The notes under the pieces are model-generated. The model was not told the DNA's origin. It searched no databases and worked only from the letters and a program-made list of their open reading frames with translations. The position numbers and the translations under genes are program-made. A stretch of DNA of 63,987 nt, filler included, from Stramenopiles sp. TOSAG23-3 (lineage: Eukaryota), in the NCBI GenBank assembly GCA_900128585.1. It is 3 parts of 3 records of this genome, joined end to end, with 100 filler letters (N's around TTAATTAATTAA, not from the genome) between each part and the next. Parts side by side here need not be neighbours in the genome. Positions count along the whole stretch, not along the records: positions 44,473 to 63,987 come from LT642399.1; 2 more parts are not named here. The stretch is one strand, 5' to 3'. Every line of letters starts with the position of its first letter. The first letter of the stretch is position 1. Of the stretch, positions 45,141 through 56,113 are shown piece after piece.

Positions 45141-45779
45141 AAAAAAATAGATATTGGGAATATAGCTGTAGTTGGGCTGGGCTGGCTTGGGTCGGCCGGC
45201 GGAGAAGGAAGAGCCTGAAGCCTGAATCGAAAGGAGCCCTCCTCCCTCTTCTTAACTATTTATTACTATATAGTACTAGTTTTAAAAAAAGAAAGATTGA
45301 TGCATTTTCTTCTTCTTCATCAAAACACCTTTTTTAATTTTAATATTTTATTTATTATTATTATTTTTTATAATTATATTATAATATGATAATAATATCT
45401 TCTATTCATATATTAGCTAATAGAAGAATACCTGCAGCAGTGTGGGTAAAATAATAATTAAAAAAAGAGAATTCAACTCTACAGAGCAGCCTACTACAGC
45501 TCCACCAGGCAGCAGTAGTAGTAGTAGTAATTGGAAAGTAAAACGGAATTAATACAAAAGAATTTCGGACCGTGTCCCGTAAAGAAGTAGTTTTTTCTAA
45601 TTGAGGAAGTGATGAACGCTGTTGAAAACGAAGAGTAGGTAGGACCATACGACGAATAACATTTCAATGCTATAAAACGCATTGATATCTTTCTATTCGT
45701 TTGTCGTTTTCGTTTTCGATTGGAACTCGTGCCTTTTGTGTGTTTGTGGCGAGTATAAGGAGAATGTTGTTTGGAAATT

Positions 45780-46419
45780 ATGTCGGACGTAACTGAGGAA
45801 CTCTGCCAGTTCTCGGGATTCTGAGTTCTTCAAAAGGTACAGAATCAGCCATGTAGTAAACATAACCGAAAAGGAGCCCAACGCTTTTGAAAATTCTGGG
45901 GTTTCGTATTTCAACGCCCAGTTTGCAGACGCTTGTGACACCGATATATCCGTCTGTTTTGAGGAATCGTCCGAGTTCATCTCCCACTGTCTGGCCGTCG
46001 AAACGAACGCCCTGCTTGTTCACTGCAAATGCGGGGTGTCGCGTTCCTCTACCATCGTTTTATCCTACTTGATTTCAAGAAAAGGTATGTCTCTGAACGA
46101 TGGCTTGCTAACGCTGCGGTCCAAACGACGCAGGGTCCGGCCGAACGCTGGGTTCTTTCTACAGCTCTTACGATTGGAACGGACAGCTCACGGCCAGAAG
46201 GGCGATGGAGACGCGTACGTTCCAAGCATTCTTCCGCACGTTTATCTTCAACTTCCAGAGGAAACATGGCGATTAATGATGAAAATAAGTTTGCCTGCAG
46301 AAATTCCTGAGTCAATCACGAAAAAACAGTTCAAACTGTTGTCTAAACTTGTTTTCAGGGGACGCCGCGGCCAAAAAAGGGCAGCAGCGTTTGTCGCTGA
46401 AAATGGGTTTAAAAAGTAA
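45780..46419 (+). pseudogene. Dual-specificity protein phosphatase, frame-disrupted near the 5' end (pseudogene or assembly deletion)
   Basis: Frame from 45793 reads NSASSRDSEFFKRYRISHVVNIT...FADACDTDI...LLVHCKCGVSRSSTIVLSYL...VRPNAGFFLQL; no in-frame ATG (TAA at 45790); ATG 45780 (MSDVTE) is in another frame. Confidence 0.7.
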
Positions 46420-46639
46420 AAATACTTGTGTAATTCGTAACATAGAGTGTGAGGCAGAATTTTTAATAAAGTCTCTGACCGATGGAGCATGCACTTAGTA
46501 AAATGGCAGACAGCTAAGGGGGGGGGGGGAAGAATTAAGTTTTTTTTACTTCGCACGATTCGTATGATAAGCATTTAATTGAGAATTTAAGAATAAATTT
46601 AGCTCTTGAAATTATTTTATTTATTTTGTAATTAACGAA

Positions 46640-49180
46640 TTACATTATGTGCCCCTCCCTTCCCAACTTCTTTGTACCAAATAACCCCGCCACCAGTGCA
46701 TTCTTTGAGCACGTGACACCTTTCGGGACTTCAAACTCGGACTCGTCTATGGGACCTGATTGGTAATCCAAAGTGTAGTCCGTGATAAAACAGTCTCTGT
46801 GGATTGGAAATGCCGGTTCCAACGGGATTGACTGTGTCCACTGAAACCGTTTAAGAGGCTGTGTGCCATCAGCGCCCATTTCTTTCGACACGAAATAGGT
46901 GTAGTTCCACGTTACGTTCAGGCGCGTCCCATTGGGCATGGGCATTAACTTAGTGGTTTCCCACTGCCAAGTTTCCTCCGTGTCGTTTTCTTCAAGAAAC
47001 GCAGTCTTGAGGTAGTTCATCCCCAGGACAGAGGTAAATACAGTCCCAAAATCGCCGAACTTACCAAAGGTTGGGGGACAGACGCGGCTGCCATTCTTGC
47101 AGTATGAATCCGGCATTGGCCCAGTTCTGCACATCGGCAAGGCCCCTTTCGAAGCATTCACTGGGTACTCGAGCAGCCAGGCTGTCGGCACAGGAACGTC
47201 AAACCTACCAATGTTTGTCAACGTCTGCGTGGGCTGCCTCTCCAAGTTGACGTTCGTCTGCTTAATTCGCTCCGCGTTGGCATCGAAAAAAACGGGGGAA
47301 AGAACTGGGTGGTCGGTGACGAACTCCCTAGCCGTGATGCAACCGTCCCCGCTGTGCCCAAAGCCTTGCCCGAGGCGCATGGTGCTTCGAAACGACAAGG
47401 ACAGCCGTGGCCTTACCTTGATCGCCCCATGTTTGATCTTGCTCTTGCACTGCTTCTTTGCCATCCGCACCAACTCCTGGGCGCCCACGACCACGAATTT
47501 CCCAGACGACTTGAGGTCATCCATTACTCGCTGCACGAACAGGAAAAAATCGTCATGCCCGCCGTACAGTCCTAAGCCCCCGTAAGCAAGCAAGAACAAC
47601 GGCTCGCCTGGCTTCTTGTAATGGGATGCTGCCCACCTTGCCTTGCCCGCAAAATCCCCCACAGGATCTTTTTTGTCTAAGTGATCCCTATAGTAGTACA
47701 AGTAATGCCCGTTCGTCGTATCGTTTCCTTTCGGCCCCTCACAGACGGAATTAATGACCGGAGTTCCATCCTCGAGGCAAATGTTTATCCCTTGCCCGTA
47801 CGAAGTTCCGCAAGCGTTCAAAAACGCCTCGGGAGACCTTCCATCCCCTGCCGCCTTTCTCGCATTAATGGCGTACTCTCGAATGAGCTCGACCTTCGAT
47901 GCCGGCCATTTGTTCATTGCCACTCCTACGTCGACAACATTTGCGCCCAGGGCGCTCATTACCTTTCCCGCCCGCGCCTCGTACGCGGCTGCCTTCTCGC
48001 CAAGGCTGTTCAGGTACACGTACCCGGCCCCGTCGAGGCCATTCACAAAGGTATCATTCACTGTGGCGCTCGTCGCATAAAAGTTGTACAGTTCCGGAAA
48101 GAGCTCTCCGAGGTACGGGTCAATCGCCCAGGCAACAGGAACATTGCCCCTGTTTGGTGACACCCACGCGCTGGTAAACTGCGACGTCAAAATTCTCGGA
48201 GTGTCCCCCTCATTTGTTTCAAACATCACGTAGACTGCCTCCGGGTCTAGCTCGCGCCCAAGGTCGTTGTTAGGCAATTTCACCGGCGACACCCGGAAGA
48301 ACTTCGAGATGGCATCCCAGAACGAGAGGTTCGGGGAAGAGAACGAGCAAAACACCGCCCCCCCCGCGTGAGACGTCACATTTGTGTACGAGTACTCTGG
48401 GTCCGACCAGCCAAAGACCGACACCAAATCGTCTGATTTTTCAACAATTTCTACGAAAAGCTCGGTCTCCTTTGGGGTGGCCTTGCGTGTAGTGCCGCAA
48501 AGTTTTGGTTGACATTTCCACAGCGGGCACAAATTCATTACAAACGCACCTTGGGAAATCGCGTAGTCGACGGACATTATCGTTGTAAACTTCGCTTGGG
48601 CTACCGCGTTAGGGTAGTTGTCCGCGTTCCAAACCACCGTCTTTGATGCCTGTGGGAGCAGGGTGTCAATCGCCCAGCGGTACATGGAAAACTTGTCCTC
48701 GAACCTACCACCGAGGCTGTCCCGTACTGGCAATTTCAGGCACGTCCGGTACGTTTCAAATATCTTGTCCGACATTGGCAACGTGGAGTTTAAACTCGCA
48801 TACGTCATCGCGAGGTATAGGGTATAGCCGTCTGTCTCGTTGTACAGGACAACCCCATTGAACTGCGAACGAAAGTGGCCCAAAAGGTTGCACAAATTGT
48901 CAATCGACTCGAACCCAACGCTTCGTTGCGCCTCAAAATATTTTTTCCATAGCAGGTCAGAGTCGGGAAAATCCAAGTCCAATTCCCCTGTGTTCAAAAA
49001 CAGACGAGGCTGCCCCCCCTTGTTCACAATCCCTTGGACAGAGTACAGCAGAGCAAACTCATTGTACGTTAAATTATTCGGCACGGTAAAGAAAGCGCTC
49101 GTCACCGCGGCGTCCACCTGGGCAAGCCCCAAGGAACCCTGACCCAAAAGAGCAACCAAAAACACCAACAACTTGTTCAT
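46640..49180 (-). CDS. Secreted GxGYxYP-family putative glycoside hydrolase with extra C-terminal domain
   Basis: Signal peptide MNKLLVFLVALLG; SVQGIVNK..PRLF; VFGW; PNLSF; NEGD; RGNVPVAWAIDP..ELFP.LYNFY; NDTFVNGLDGAGYVY. Confidence 0.75.
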   Translation of the reverse strand: MNKLLVFLVALLGQGSLGLAQVDAAVTSAFFTVPNNLTYNEFALLYSVQGIVNKGGQPRLFLNTGELDLDFPDSDLLWKKYFEAQRSVGFESIDNLCNLLGHFRSQFNGVVLYNETDGYTLYLAMTYASLNSTLPMSDKIFETYRTCLKLPVRDSLGGRFEDKFSMYRWAIDTLLPQASKTVVWNADNYPNAVAQAKFTTIMSVDYAISQGAFVMNLCPLWKCQPKLCGTTRKATPKETELFVEIVEKSDDLVSVFGWSDPEYSYTNVTSHAGGAVFCSFSSPNLSFWDAISKFFRVSPVKLPNNDLGRELDPEAVYVMFETNEGDTPRILTSQFTSAWVSPNRGNVPVAWAIDPYLGELFPELYNFYATSATVNDTFVNGLDGAGYVYLNSLGEKAAAYEARAGKVMSALGANVVDVGVAMNKWPASKVELIREYAINARKAAGDGRSPEAFLNACGTSYGQGINICLEDGTPVINSVCEGPKGNDTTNGHYLYYYRDHLDKKDPVGDFAGKARWAASHYKKPGEPLFLLAYGGLGLYGGHDDFFLFVQRVMDDLKSSGKFVVVGAQELVRMAKKQCKSKIKHGAIKVRPRLSLSFRSTMRLGQGFGHSGDGCITAREFVTDHPVLSPVFFDANAERIKQTNVNLERQPTQTLTNIGRFDVPVPTAWLLEYPVNASKGALPMCRTGPMPDSYCKNGSRVCPPTFGKFGDFGTVFTSVLGMNYLKTAFLEENDTEETWQWETTKLMPMPNGTRLNVTWNYTYFVSKEMGADGTQPLKRFQWTQSIPLEPAFPIHRDCFITDYTLDYQSGPIDESEFEVPKGVTCSKNALVAGLFGTKKLGREGHIM

Positions 49181-50056
49181 CGTACAAGCTGCAAGGAAAA
49201 AGAGAATGGAGCAAAAGATGGACAAATCTCAACCCCCCGTAGCAATAGAGTACATTTTCGAAACAAAAGTCTTCTCATTGTGTTATTTATAATAATAATA
49301 GACGGATTGATTGAATTCATCAATCGTCGATGCAATAAAATATAATAAAATCGATCGATCATATTATTAATTTTATGAGAAGAAGATGATGCAGCAGCAT
49401 GACGCATCCCATCCATCACATGTGTTTTAAATTAGGGTTTTAAAATATTTTCCAAGTTTTGTGATGAGATCTCTTGATGAGAAATTTCCTGGAAATTATT
49501 TCTATTTATAGTTATTATCATAAACAGTATACAAATCATATAATTATCTATATAAAATATGGAGTTAACATCAATTTCAATACGATACATACAATAGTAT
49601 TATAAATCACGCACAGAAATTACATTGATGGGTATGGAAAATACCTATATAATTTACGATGATTTGTAGTTAGTTTTATTTACATTACTAAATAAGTGAT
49701 AATTTCCGCTCTATAATGACTAGACTATGCATGTATAATATATCTCATCCAAGAATAACCCCACACAGCAGCAAGAACGAAAAAAAAAGAATTAATATTT
49801 TAATTTAAAAAAAAAAATCAATTATTATTAATAATTATTATTGGAATTATATTTTTATATTTTGATGATTATTAATAATAATTGATTGATTGAATAGAAT
49901 TTTTTCATTTAAATTAAACAAAGAAGGATGTGAAAGGGCATAACATTTCCTATAATTAATTGTACAAAAAGAATCTTGTGAAAGTCATAGTTTGAGTTTC
50001 AATAGAAGTTCTGTTCTCATCGTTTACGCGTCCTTTTCTTTTGTATTTAGTAAAAA

Positions 50057-50752
50057 ATGGGCAATGGCCAGTCAAACAATGGCGACGAGGGTGCCCGGGC
50101 TGCACCGAGTAAACCTGCAGGTGGCGCAGGCGCGGGAGGTAGGTTGAACTCGGCGATAAACAAGAATAAAAAGACGGCTTCGAATCTGGAAAAGCGGATG
50201 AACATGTTGGAGAAGAAGATCGAGAACGAGGTGAAGCAGGCCCGTGCGAAAATAAAAGCTGGTAGGAAGCAGCAGGCGCTTATTCACATGAAACGCAAGA
50301 AAATGTACGAAAAGCACGTCGAGAGCCTGAGGAACCAAATAACCAACTTGGAAACGCAGGCGTTTGCGCTGGAGAACACATCCGCGCAGCAGCAGGTGCT
50401 CGATGCCACGCGAACAGCGACCGCGCAGCTGCAGCACGCCAACAGGAACATGGACATCGATACGGTCCAGGATATTACAGATAACTTAGCGGACGCAATG
50501 CAGGACCAGAACGATGTCAGCGAGCTGTTAGGGCAAACCATGGACGTGCCCGGGCTGGACTTGGACGACGACACGATGATGGGAGAATTGGACGAGTTGA
50601 TGGCCGAAGACGACGAAAAGGAGGTGCAGGCGACCATGAACGCGCTGCCAAGTGTCCCCACCAATTTAGTGAAGCCAAACCAACAGTCGGCAACCGCGGT
50701 GGAGGAGAACGAAGAGGAGAGCCTTGCAGAGTTAGAGGCAATGATGACGTGA
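50057..50752 (+). CDS. ESCRT-III Snf7/Vps32 (CHMP4)-family protein
   Basis: KQQALIHMKRKKMYEK..LETQAFALEN..MDIDTVQDITD..DDDTMMGELDEL, C-terminal LAELEAMM. Confidence 0.88.
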   Translation: MGNGQSNNGDEGARAAPSKPAGGAGAGGRLNSAINKNKKTASNLEKRMNMLEKKIENEVKQARAKIKAGRKQQALIHMKRKKMYEKHVESLRNQITNLETQAFALENTSAQQQVLDATRTATAQLQHANRNMDIDTVQDITDNLADAMQDQNDVSELLGQTMDVPGLDLDDDTMMGELDELMAEDDEKEVQATMNALPSVPTNLVKPNQQSATAVEENEEESLAELEAMMT

Positions 50753-51323
50753 GGAGCATCGTAAAAAAAAGTGTGTTATTATTTAAAAAACCCTTTTACT
50801 TCGTCTACTTATGAAAAACAAAAATTATATGTTAGTATGCTGAAGACTCCCATTTTATATAAATTACTATTTCAGTTCTTCCAACCCTAATAATCCTAAG
50901 TTGATTTTTTAATTTTGTTTTCGTTGGTCTTGTCAATCTACTTCTTGTAGTATGATACTAAAATACCAAAATTTTTTATTTTTTTACTCCTCTCCTCCTC
51001 CTCCTCGTCGTGCGTCGTCGTCGCCTTTTTTTTCGCATGCAAAACTTTCATTTTCATGCTATATATTGTCATTCCTGTTGTTTGGTTGCTTCAAGTCTGT
51101 TTATTTCCCCGTCAGGTTGGTTGTGTGTGTCCCGCTTTTATATTTTGGATTTCAGATTGCAGTGGGGCGGGCGATGAGCAAACGAGTTGTATGTGGGAAT
51201 GGAAGATAAGAAGTAAGAAACGACAAAGGAGTGTCATTTATTTGTGTTCGTATAACATTTTTGATAAACTAAATTAGGTTTCTTTTTCAATTACAAAGCA
51301 CAGGAGTGTCGCGCTTCAGCTCC

Positions 51324-53219
51324 TCATCCCATCATCATTGCTTCCAGCGCAACGACAACGGCCAACAACACCGGCAACGTTTGGTGGGGCACGCGGCTGG
51401 TGGCGCCTTCTCCGTTCAAGGTGTTCTCTGTCACCGTCTCGGTCTCTTCGTCCTTGACAGAGTCGAGCGACGGGTCCAAAACAGTCGGGGACCTGGCGTA
51501 CCCCGAACATACCGTGTGAGACTCGGGGCATGTGAACGATCCCGAGAAACCGGGAATTCCGGCAATGACTTGCCCTGAACTGTTGCACAGAAAAGTGACA
51601 TCCGATGCCGTCGTCGCGCTGTACGCCCTGGAAAGGGTGACGTTTATGAACGAGGACGCAGTCCCCGTTTCGTGGCATTTCATCTTAAAGCAACCCGGTT
51701 TTTTTACGTTATTGTTTTCCCAGCCGTTCTGGAGCAAGCTGCTCAGTGCACAAAACGAAGACGAGGAGTGCTCTTCGCCCCACAAGTGCTGCCCGCTGAC
51801 TTGATTCTGTATCGTGTCCAAGCAATCGCCGTTCGAGTACGCCGCGTAAAGGGGGCAGTAGTCTGCATATTCGCTGCCGCCCTGCTTTTTGTCGGAAAAG
51901 TACTGGAATGCTTCCGGTAGATTTTCGCTGTACGTACTCATTTTGCAGTACCCGCTTGATCGAAGGTCGTACGTGCACCCCTTTTCGCTCGCAGTATTGC
52001 AAAATGTGTTCCTAGGCGTTGCCAGGGCTTTCTCCGTGCTCGGGTTGACGCACTTTTCGTTCACGAACGAGCAGCCGCCGTTCCACCCCCAGTACATACT
52101 TTCCGCGACGGAATAATCGGGCTTGTACCATCCGGTGTCCTCGAAAAGGGCCAAAGTAAACATGCTCACCCGGTTGCCCTGAATTTCGTTGTTTACCATC
52201 GGGGACATCAATTCGTCCCAGTTCGTCCGTTCGTCCCAGTGGCTCCCTAGGCAATGGCCGCCCGGGGTCTTGTCTTCCAGCTCGGCCCCTTCCAGCGTTT
52301 CGCAGCCGTAGTACGTTTGTGCGACTTCTTTGACCCTTGGGGTGACGATCATGAACGACGACTGCTTCCCTCTTTTTGGGATTTGTTTGACGGTGTTCTC
52401 GCTCGGGACATAAATCGTCTGCTGGTGGCCAGCAGGGCAGGAGTACGTACCAACAGTTTCGGGGGCTGTCCTTTTTGTCCCATCGTCGTACCGAAACTTG
52501 TGCCATGAGCTTGCTGAAAACCCCAAGGCGTGTGCGACTTCGTGAAGGGCAGTGCGGTACTGCTTGGTGTACGCCGTCGCGTTTTCATTAACTGAGGACG
52601 GGCAAAAGTTGGCATACCCCATGATCGGGCGCCCTTGCGAATCTTCCCTGCACGCAGTCGCATAAGCCAAAGTAGAGCCTGCACAGTCCGCAATGGCCTT
52701 TATGTACAAAATGTAATCGGCAGTCGTCAGCCCTGCCCCCTCCGCCGTCGACGTGCAACCGGAAGTCGGCCCGTTCGTGCAGTACGCTTGGGCCGCAACG
52801 TACGCCGAATTTATTTGGATCTCCTTCCGGGCGCATGTATTCACGGTGCTTGCCCTGGCGCACGTGTTATCTGACCATATGTGCGTGCAGTTACCTTCAA
52901 CAAGAAGCTTTGCTGGCCGACGAACGCTCAAAGCATTTTCCCAAAAACCGACGGCGTTCGGGACGAGGGTGTTCTGGAGATAGGCCTTTTGAACGGGCCC
53001 AAGGGGGGAGTCGCCGAACTGGTAAACTACACGAATTCGCATCTTTTGCCAAGGCGTATTCTCCAACCGTCTTCTCCCAGAAACCTTGGGGTCGTACAGG
53101 TCAGGTTTTGTAGAATGCACAGGCCGCACAACATGCTGCCGTATCTCATCATGAATGCATTTGTGGGCACCGACCGCGGCCGATACAAGCAAAAGGGTGA
53201 TCACCAAACACTGCACCAT
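51324..53219 (-). CDS. Leishmanolysin/GP63-like M8 zinc metallopeptidase, probably GPI-anchored
   Basis: Signal peptide, pro-domain KCIHD, ALHEVAHALGFS (HExxH), GAELED, GSHWDER..ELM, TLALFEDTGWY, ADYCP, hydrophobic C-terminus. Confidence 0.93.
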   Translation of the reverse strand: MVQCLVITLLLVSAAVGAHKCIHDEIRQHVVRPVHSTKPDLYDPKVSGRRRLENTPWQKMRIRVVYQFGDSPLGPVQKAYLQNTLVPNAVGFWENALSVRRPAKLLVEGNCTHIWSDNTCARASTVNTCARKEIQINSAYVAAQAYCTNGPTSGCTSTAEGAGLTTADYILYIKAIADCAGSTLAYATACREDSQGRPIMGYANFCPSSVNENATAYTKQYRTALHEVAHALGFSASSWHKFRYDDGTKRTAPETVGTYSCPAGHQQTIYVPSENTVKQIPKRGKQSSFMIVTPRVKEVAQTYYGCETLEGAELEDKTPGGHCLGSHWDERTNWDELMSPMVNNEIQGNRVSMFTLALFEDTGWYKPDYSVAESMYWGWNGGCSFVNEKCVNPSTEKALATPRNTFCNTASEKGCTYDLRSSGYCKMSTYSENLPEAFQYFSDKKQGGSEYADYCPLYAAYSNGDCLDTIQNQVSGQHLWGEEHSSSSFCALSSLLQNGWENNNVKKPGCFKMKCHETGTASSFINVTLSRAYSATTASDVTFLCNSSGQVIAGIPGFSGSFTCPESHTVCSGYARSPTVLDPSLDSVKDEETETVTENTLNGEGATSRVPHQTLPVLLAVVVALEAMMMG

Positions 53220-53684
53220 TCTGAAAACCTACCCGCAATACGACAACCGTCAACCTCCTTTTCACTTCCTTCCTATACAACACAACAGCCGCCAACGTCA
53301 TTTTCAATCTCTTCCTATGACAATTCTTTTATTCTGCGCTGTGTTCTTTTTCTTTTTGTTTATATTTTCTATTCAAATTTTTTCTTCCCCCCTGCTGAGA
53401 GATGAAAAATTTCTTCTCGTCGTGGGTATTATAAATTAATACCAAGGTACTAAATAAAAAATAATAATAATAATAAATTCCAAGGTGTTTTTGTCATATT
53501 TTGTTGTAGTATAGTACCACCGGTGGTGGTATTAATATTAATACCTGTACCCTACCGTAGAAAGAAGAAAGATGGTTGATGAAGAAAATGTAGGATGTCA
53601 GGCTGCTTGAAAAAAAAAGAAGAACGAAATTTATAATAACAACACAGCATCAGCATCATCTATTAAAAAAACGATCGACGATGT

Positions 53685-53734
53685 TTTCTTTTTCTTTCTT
53701 CTTTCTTCTTTCTTCTTCTTCTTCTTCCTCTTCT

Positions 53735-53766
<32 letters not shown>

Positions 53767-53777
53767 TTCTTTTTTTT
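53685..53777. repeat. (TTC)n microsatellite
   Basis: Direct inspection. Confidence 0.88.
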
Positions 53778-54243
53778 ATTTTAATTACAGAAGAGAGAGA
53801 GAGAAGAAACAAATAAATTGATTATAATATATAGGTAAATTAATGTATTCTAATATATATATAACTATAATATATTTAAAACGAGACTGATCCGTTATGC
53901 GGAGGCTGAAGAAGAAGAAGAAGAAGAAAGAGGAAGAAAAAATAGTCTGGAGGAGGAGGAGTGAGAAGAAGTATTATTATAAATATATTATTACAAAAAA
54001 GAAGAAGAAGAGGGTTTTTTTACATTTACAGGAAATGTAATATATAGCTAATAAAGAACTGTAAGAAGAATGACAGTCGTCTGGTTAACTATTGCGTTAT
54101 TTTGGTTTTGTATTGTTTGGTGGAGCATAGTACCTAATTGTAGACCAGAACCCAATTGTGCATTGTTCTTACTTTTCTAGGAACTGTGCGTCGTTTCACC
54201 GACAGTTGGCGACTGGCACTGCGCTTGGACCTTGGACTCGGCA

Positions 54244-54627
54244 ATGGCGCCTAAGAAAAAGAAAGGGGGTAAAAAGAAAGGAGGGAAAAAGAAAGGCAAG
54301 AAGCCAGGGACTGCGAGTAGTACTGCTTCTAGTAAAGATGGCAAGGGAAAGAAGGGGAAGAAAGGAAAGAAGGGAAAGAAGAAGAAAGAAATAGAGTTGG
54401 AAGACATTCACCTTCCACCACCCCGCGAAGAGATGGCAAAGTTGGGCCTGGTGGAGTTTTACCACGGGGAAACTCCCCAGCAGCAGTTTGCGACCACGGC
54501 ATTCTTTCGAAGTTATAAAATGCCTGCGGATCATCGGCCCCCCTCTCCAATGTCTGTACATAAAAACGTAAGGCAAATGTTCTCCCGACGATTCCCTCAG
54601 CTGAACCTATCGAGGAATTTGGATTGA
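54244..54627 (+). CDS. Small lysine-rich protein
   Basis: MAPKKKKGGKKKGGKK start followed by ~75 aa of ordinary composition; ATG at 54244. Confidence 0.65.
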   Translation: MAPKKKKGGKKKGGKKKGKKPGTASSTASSKDGKGKKGKKGKKGKKKKEIELEDIHLPPPREEMAKLGLVEFYHGETPQQQFATTAFFRSYKMPADHRPPSPMSVHKNVRQMFSRRFPQLNLSRNLD

Positions 54628-54835
54628 CGTACTATGCAGGCTGCGGGGCCCGAGTTTCTTGACATTTATATAACAAAAAAGTAATACTGGGGTAATAACG
54701 TTTTATGTATAATTCTTAAGAACTTATAATGTTACCACTGATAACTAAAAGCATTTCACTAACATTTACTTGTTCAACTTTTACGGTCGAAAGGTCCATG
54801 CGAATGTCGCTGCTGACACCAGCGTTCAATGATAT

Positions 54836-56113
54836 TTAGTATATGGACGGGAACGAAGAGTTGGGCGTGAAACCGACCGTGGTTTCTCGTACGCTTCTGT
54901 GGTTCGTGTACTCCGGTTGGCTCCTACGGTGCTTGTCGTGGCCGTGGCGTGCAAACGCGGCATCGCTGATATGTCTGCCGTAACTCCCCCGCTTTCTCTT
55001 TCGCCGGTGGTGCATGTGCCTGCGCCTTATATTCTCTTCGCTGGAGTTCCTATAAAAATTGTTGCTGCCCCCTTTGTTCTTTTGCGGCTTAACGTTCTTC
55101 TGCAATGACGTCGTCAGAGCTGTCAGCTGGTTTTTCAGCGACTGCTCGCTCTGCCTGAGCTGGTCCCTCTGTGCGGCCAAAGTGTGGTTTAAGCCTTTTA
55201 GCCTGGCGTTCTTTCGCAAAACATTTGTCACTAAATTTGGAGCTGCGTCGCCTCCCCCTTGGGTGTCTTGTCCATGCTCCAACGAGTGGGCCGACATATT
55301 AATTCCAAAGTCTGGCCTCGGCGCACGGATTGGCGATGCCTGAAGCGCGGTGCTTTGACTGTGCTCGTTCGATACCTTGTGAATATATTTATTTAACCTT
55401 ACTATTTCATTCTTTTGGCGCTCGATAATGTTTCCCTTTACTTTGTAACGCCGTAATTTTTGGACGAGCCCCACTTTCTCCTGTTTCAAGTCTTCAATCT
55501 CCCATCGCTGCCTCTCGATCATCGATGCCATGGAGTCCGGTTGGCTGTCACCGTTAGAAGAGCCCTGTGCCCGCTTTAGGGCAAGGCCCTTTATGCGCTT
55601 CAACTCCTCGATTTTGTCCAAAAGGTCTGCCTTGGCGTCCAGGGATTCGCTTTTCAGCGCCATGTTGTGCTGCTGCAACTCTTTATACGCTTCGTTGAAC
55701 TTATTGTTTGCATCTTTCATCGACTCTTTTATTTCTTCCTGATCCAACTTTCGTTCCTTTTGCGTGTAGACAAGGTCCTTCTTTAATTTTTTTCCCCTGG
55801 CCCGTAGGGTTTCTATTTCCTTCTTGTGGTTGTACTGCTCTTCAATGTACCCCAATCCCAGAGACTGGGTGCCAGAGTCTTTGAACTCTTTCAGCTCTAC
55901 TAGATCTCGCATGCTGTTGCTTTTGTGCCCACCTTCTGAGCGATCGTCAAACAGGCGAGTCGAAAACGCTTCTATAGAGTACTTCAGGTCCGTCACTGCC
56001 CGCGTAAGCGCATCGCTGTCGTGGGCATGGTTGGCCAACTGGTCGATCTGCGCCACCAAAAAACTCTGGAAAGACTGCAGGCGGCTCAGCTCTCGCCCGT
56101 AAGCCTTTTCCAT
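54836..56113 (-). CDS. Uncharacterised coiled-coil protein with basic C-terminal tail
   Basis: 425-aa ATG ORF, heptads, HHRRKRKR. Confidence 0.75.
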   Translation of the reverse strand: MEKAYGRELSRLQSFQSFLVAQIDQLANHAHDSDALTRAVTDLKYSIEAFSTRLFDDRSEGGHKSNSMRDLVELKEFKDSGTQSLGLGYIEEQYNHKKEIETLRARGKKLKKDLVYTQKERKLDQEEIKESMKDANNKFNEAYKELQQHNMALKSESLDAKADLLDKIEELKRIKGLALKRAQGSSNGDSQPDSMASMIERQRWEIEDLKQEKVGLVQKLRRYKVKGNIIERQKNEIVRLNKYIHKVSNEHSQSTALQASPIRAPRPDFGINMSAHSLEHGQDTQGGGDAAPNLVTNVLRKNARLKGLNHTLAAQRDQLRQSEQSLKNQLTALTTSLQKNVKPQKNKGGSNNFYRNSSEENIRRRHMHHRRKRKRGSYGRHISDAAFARHGHDKHRRSQPEYTNHRSVRETTVGFTPNSSFPSIY

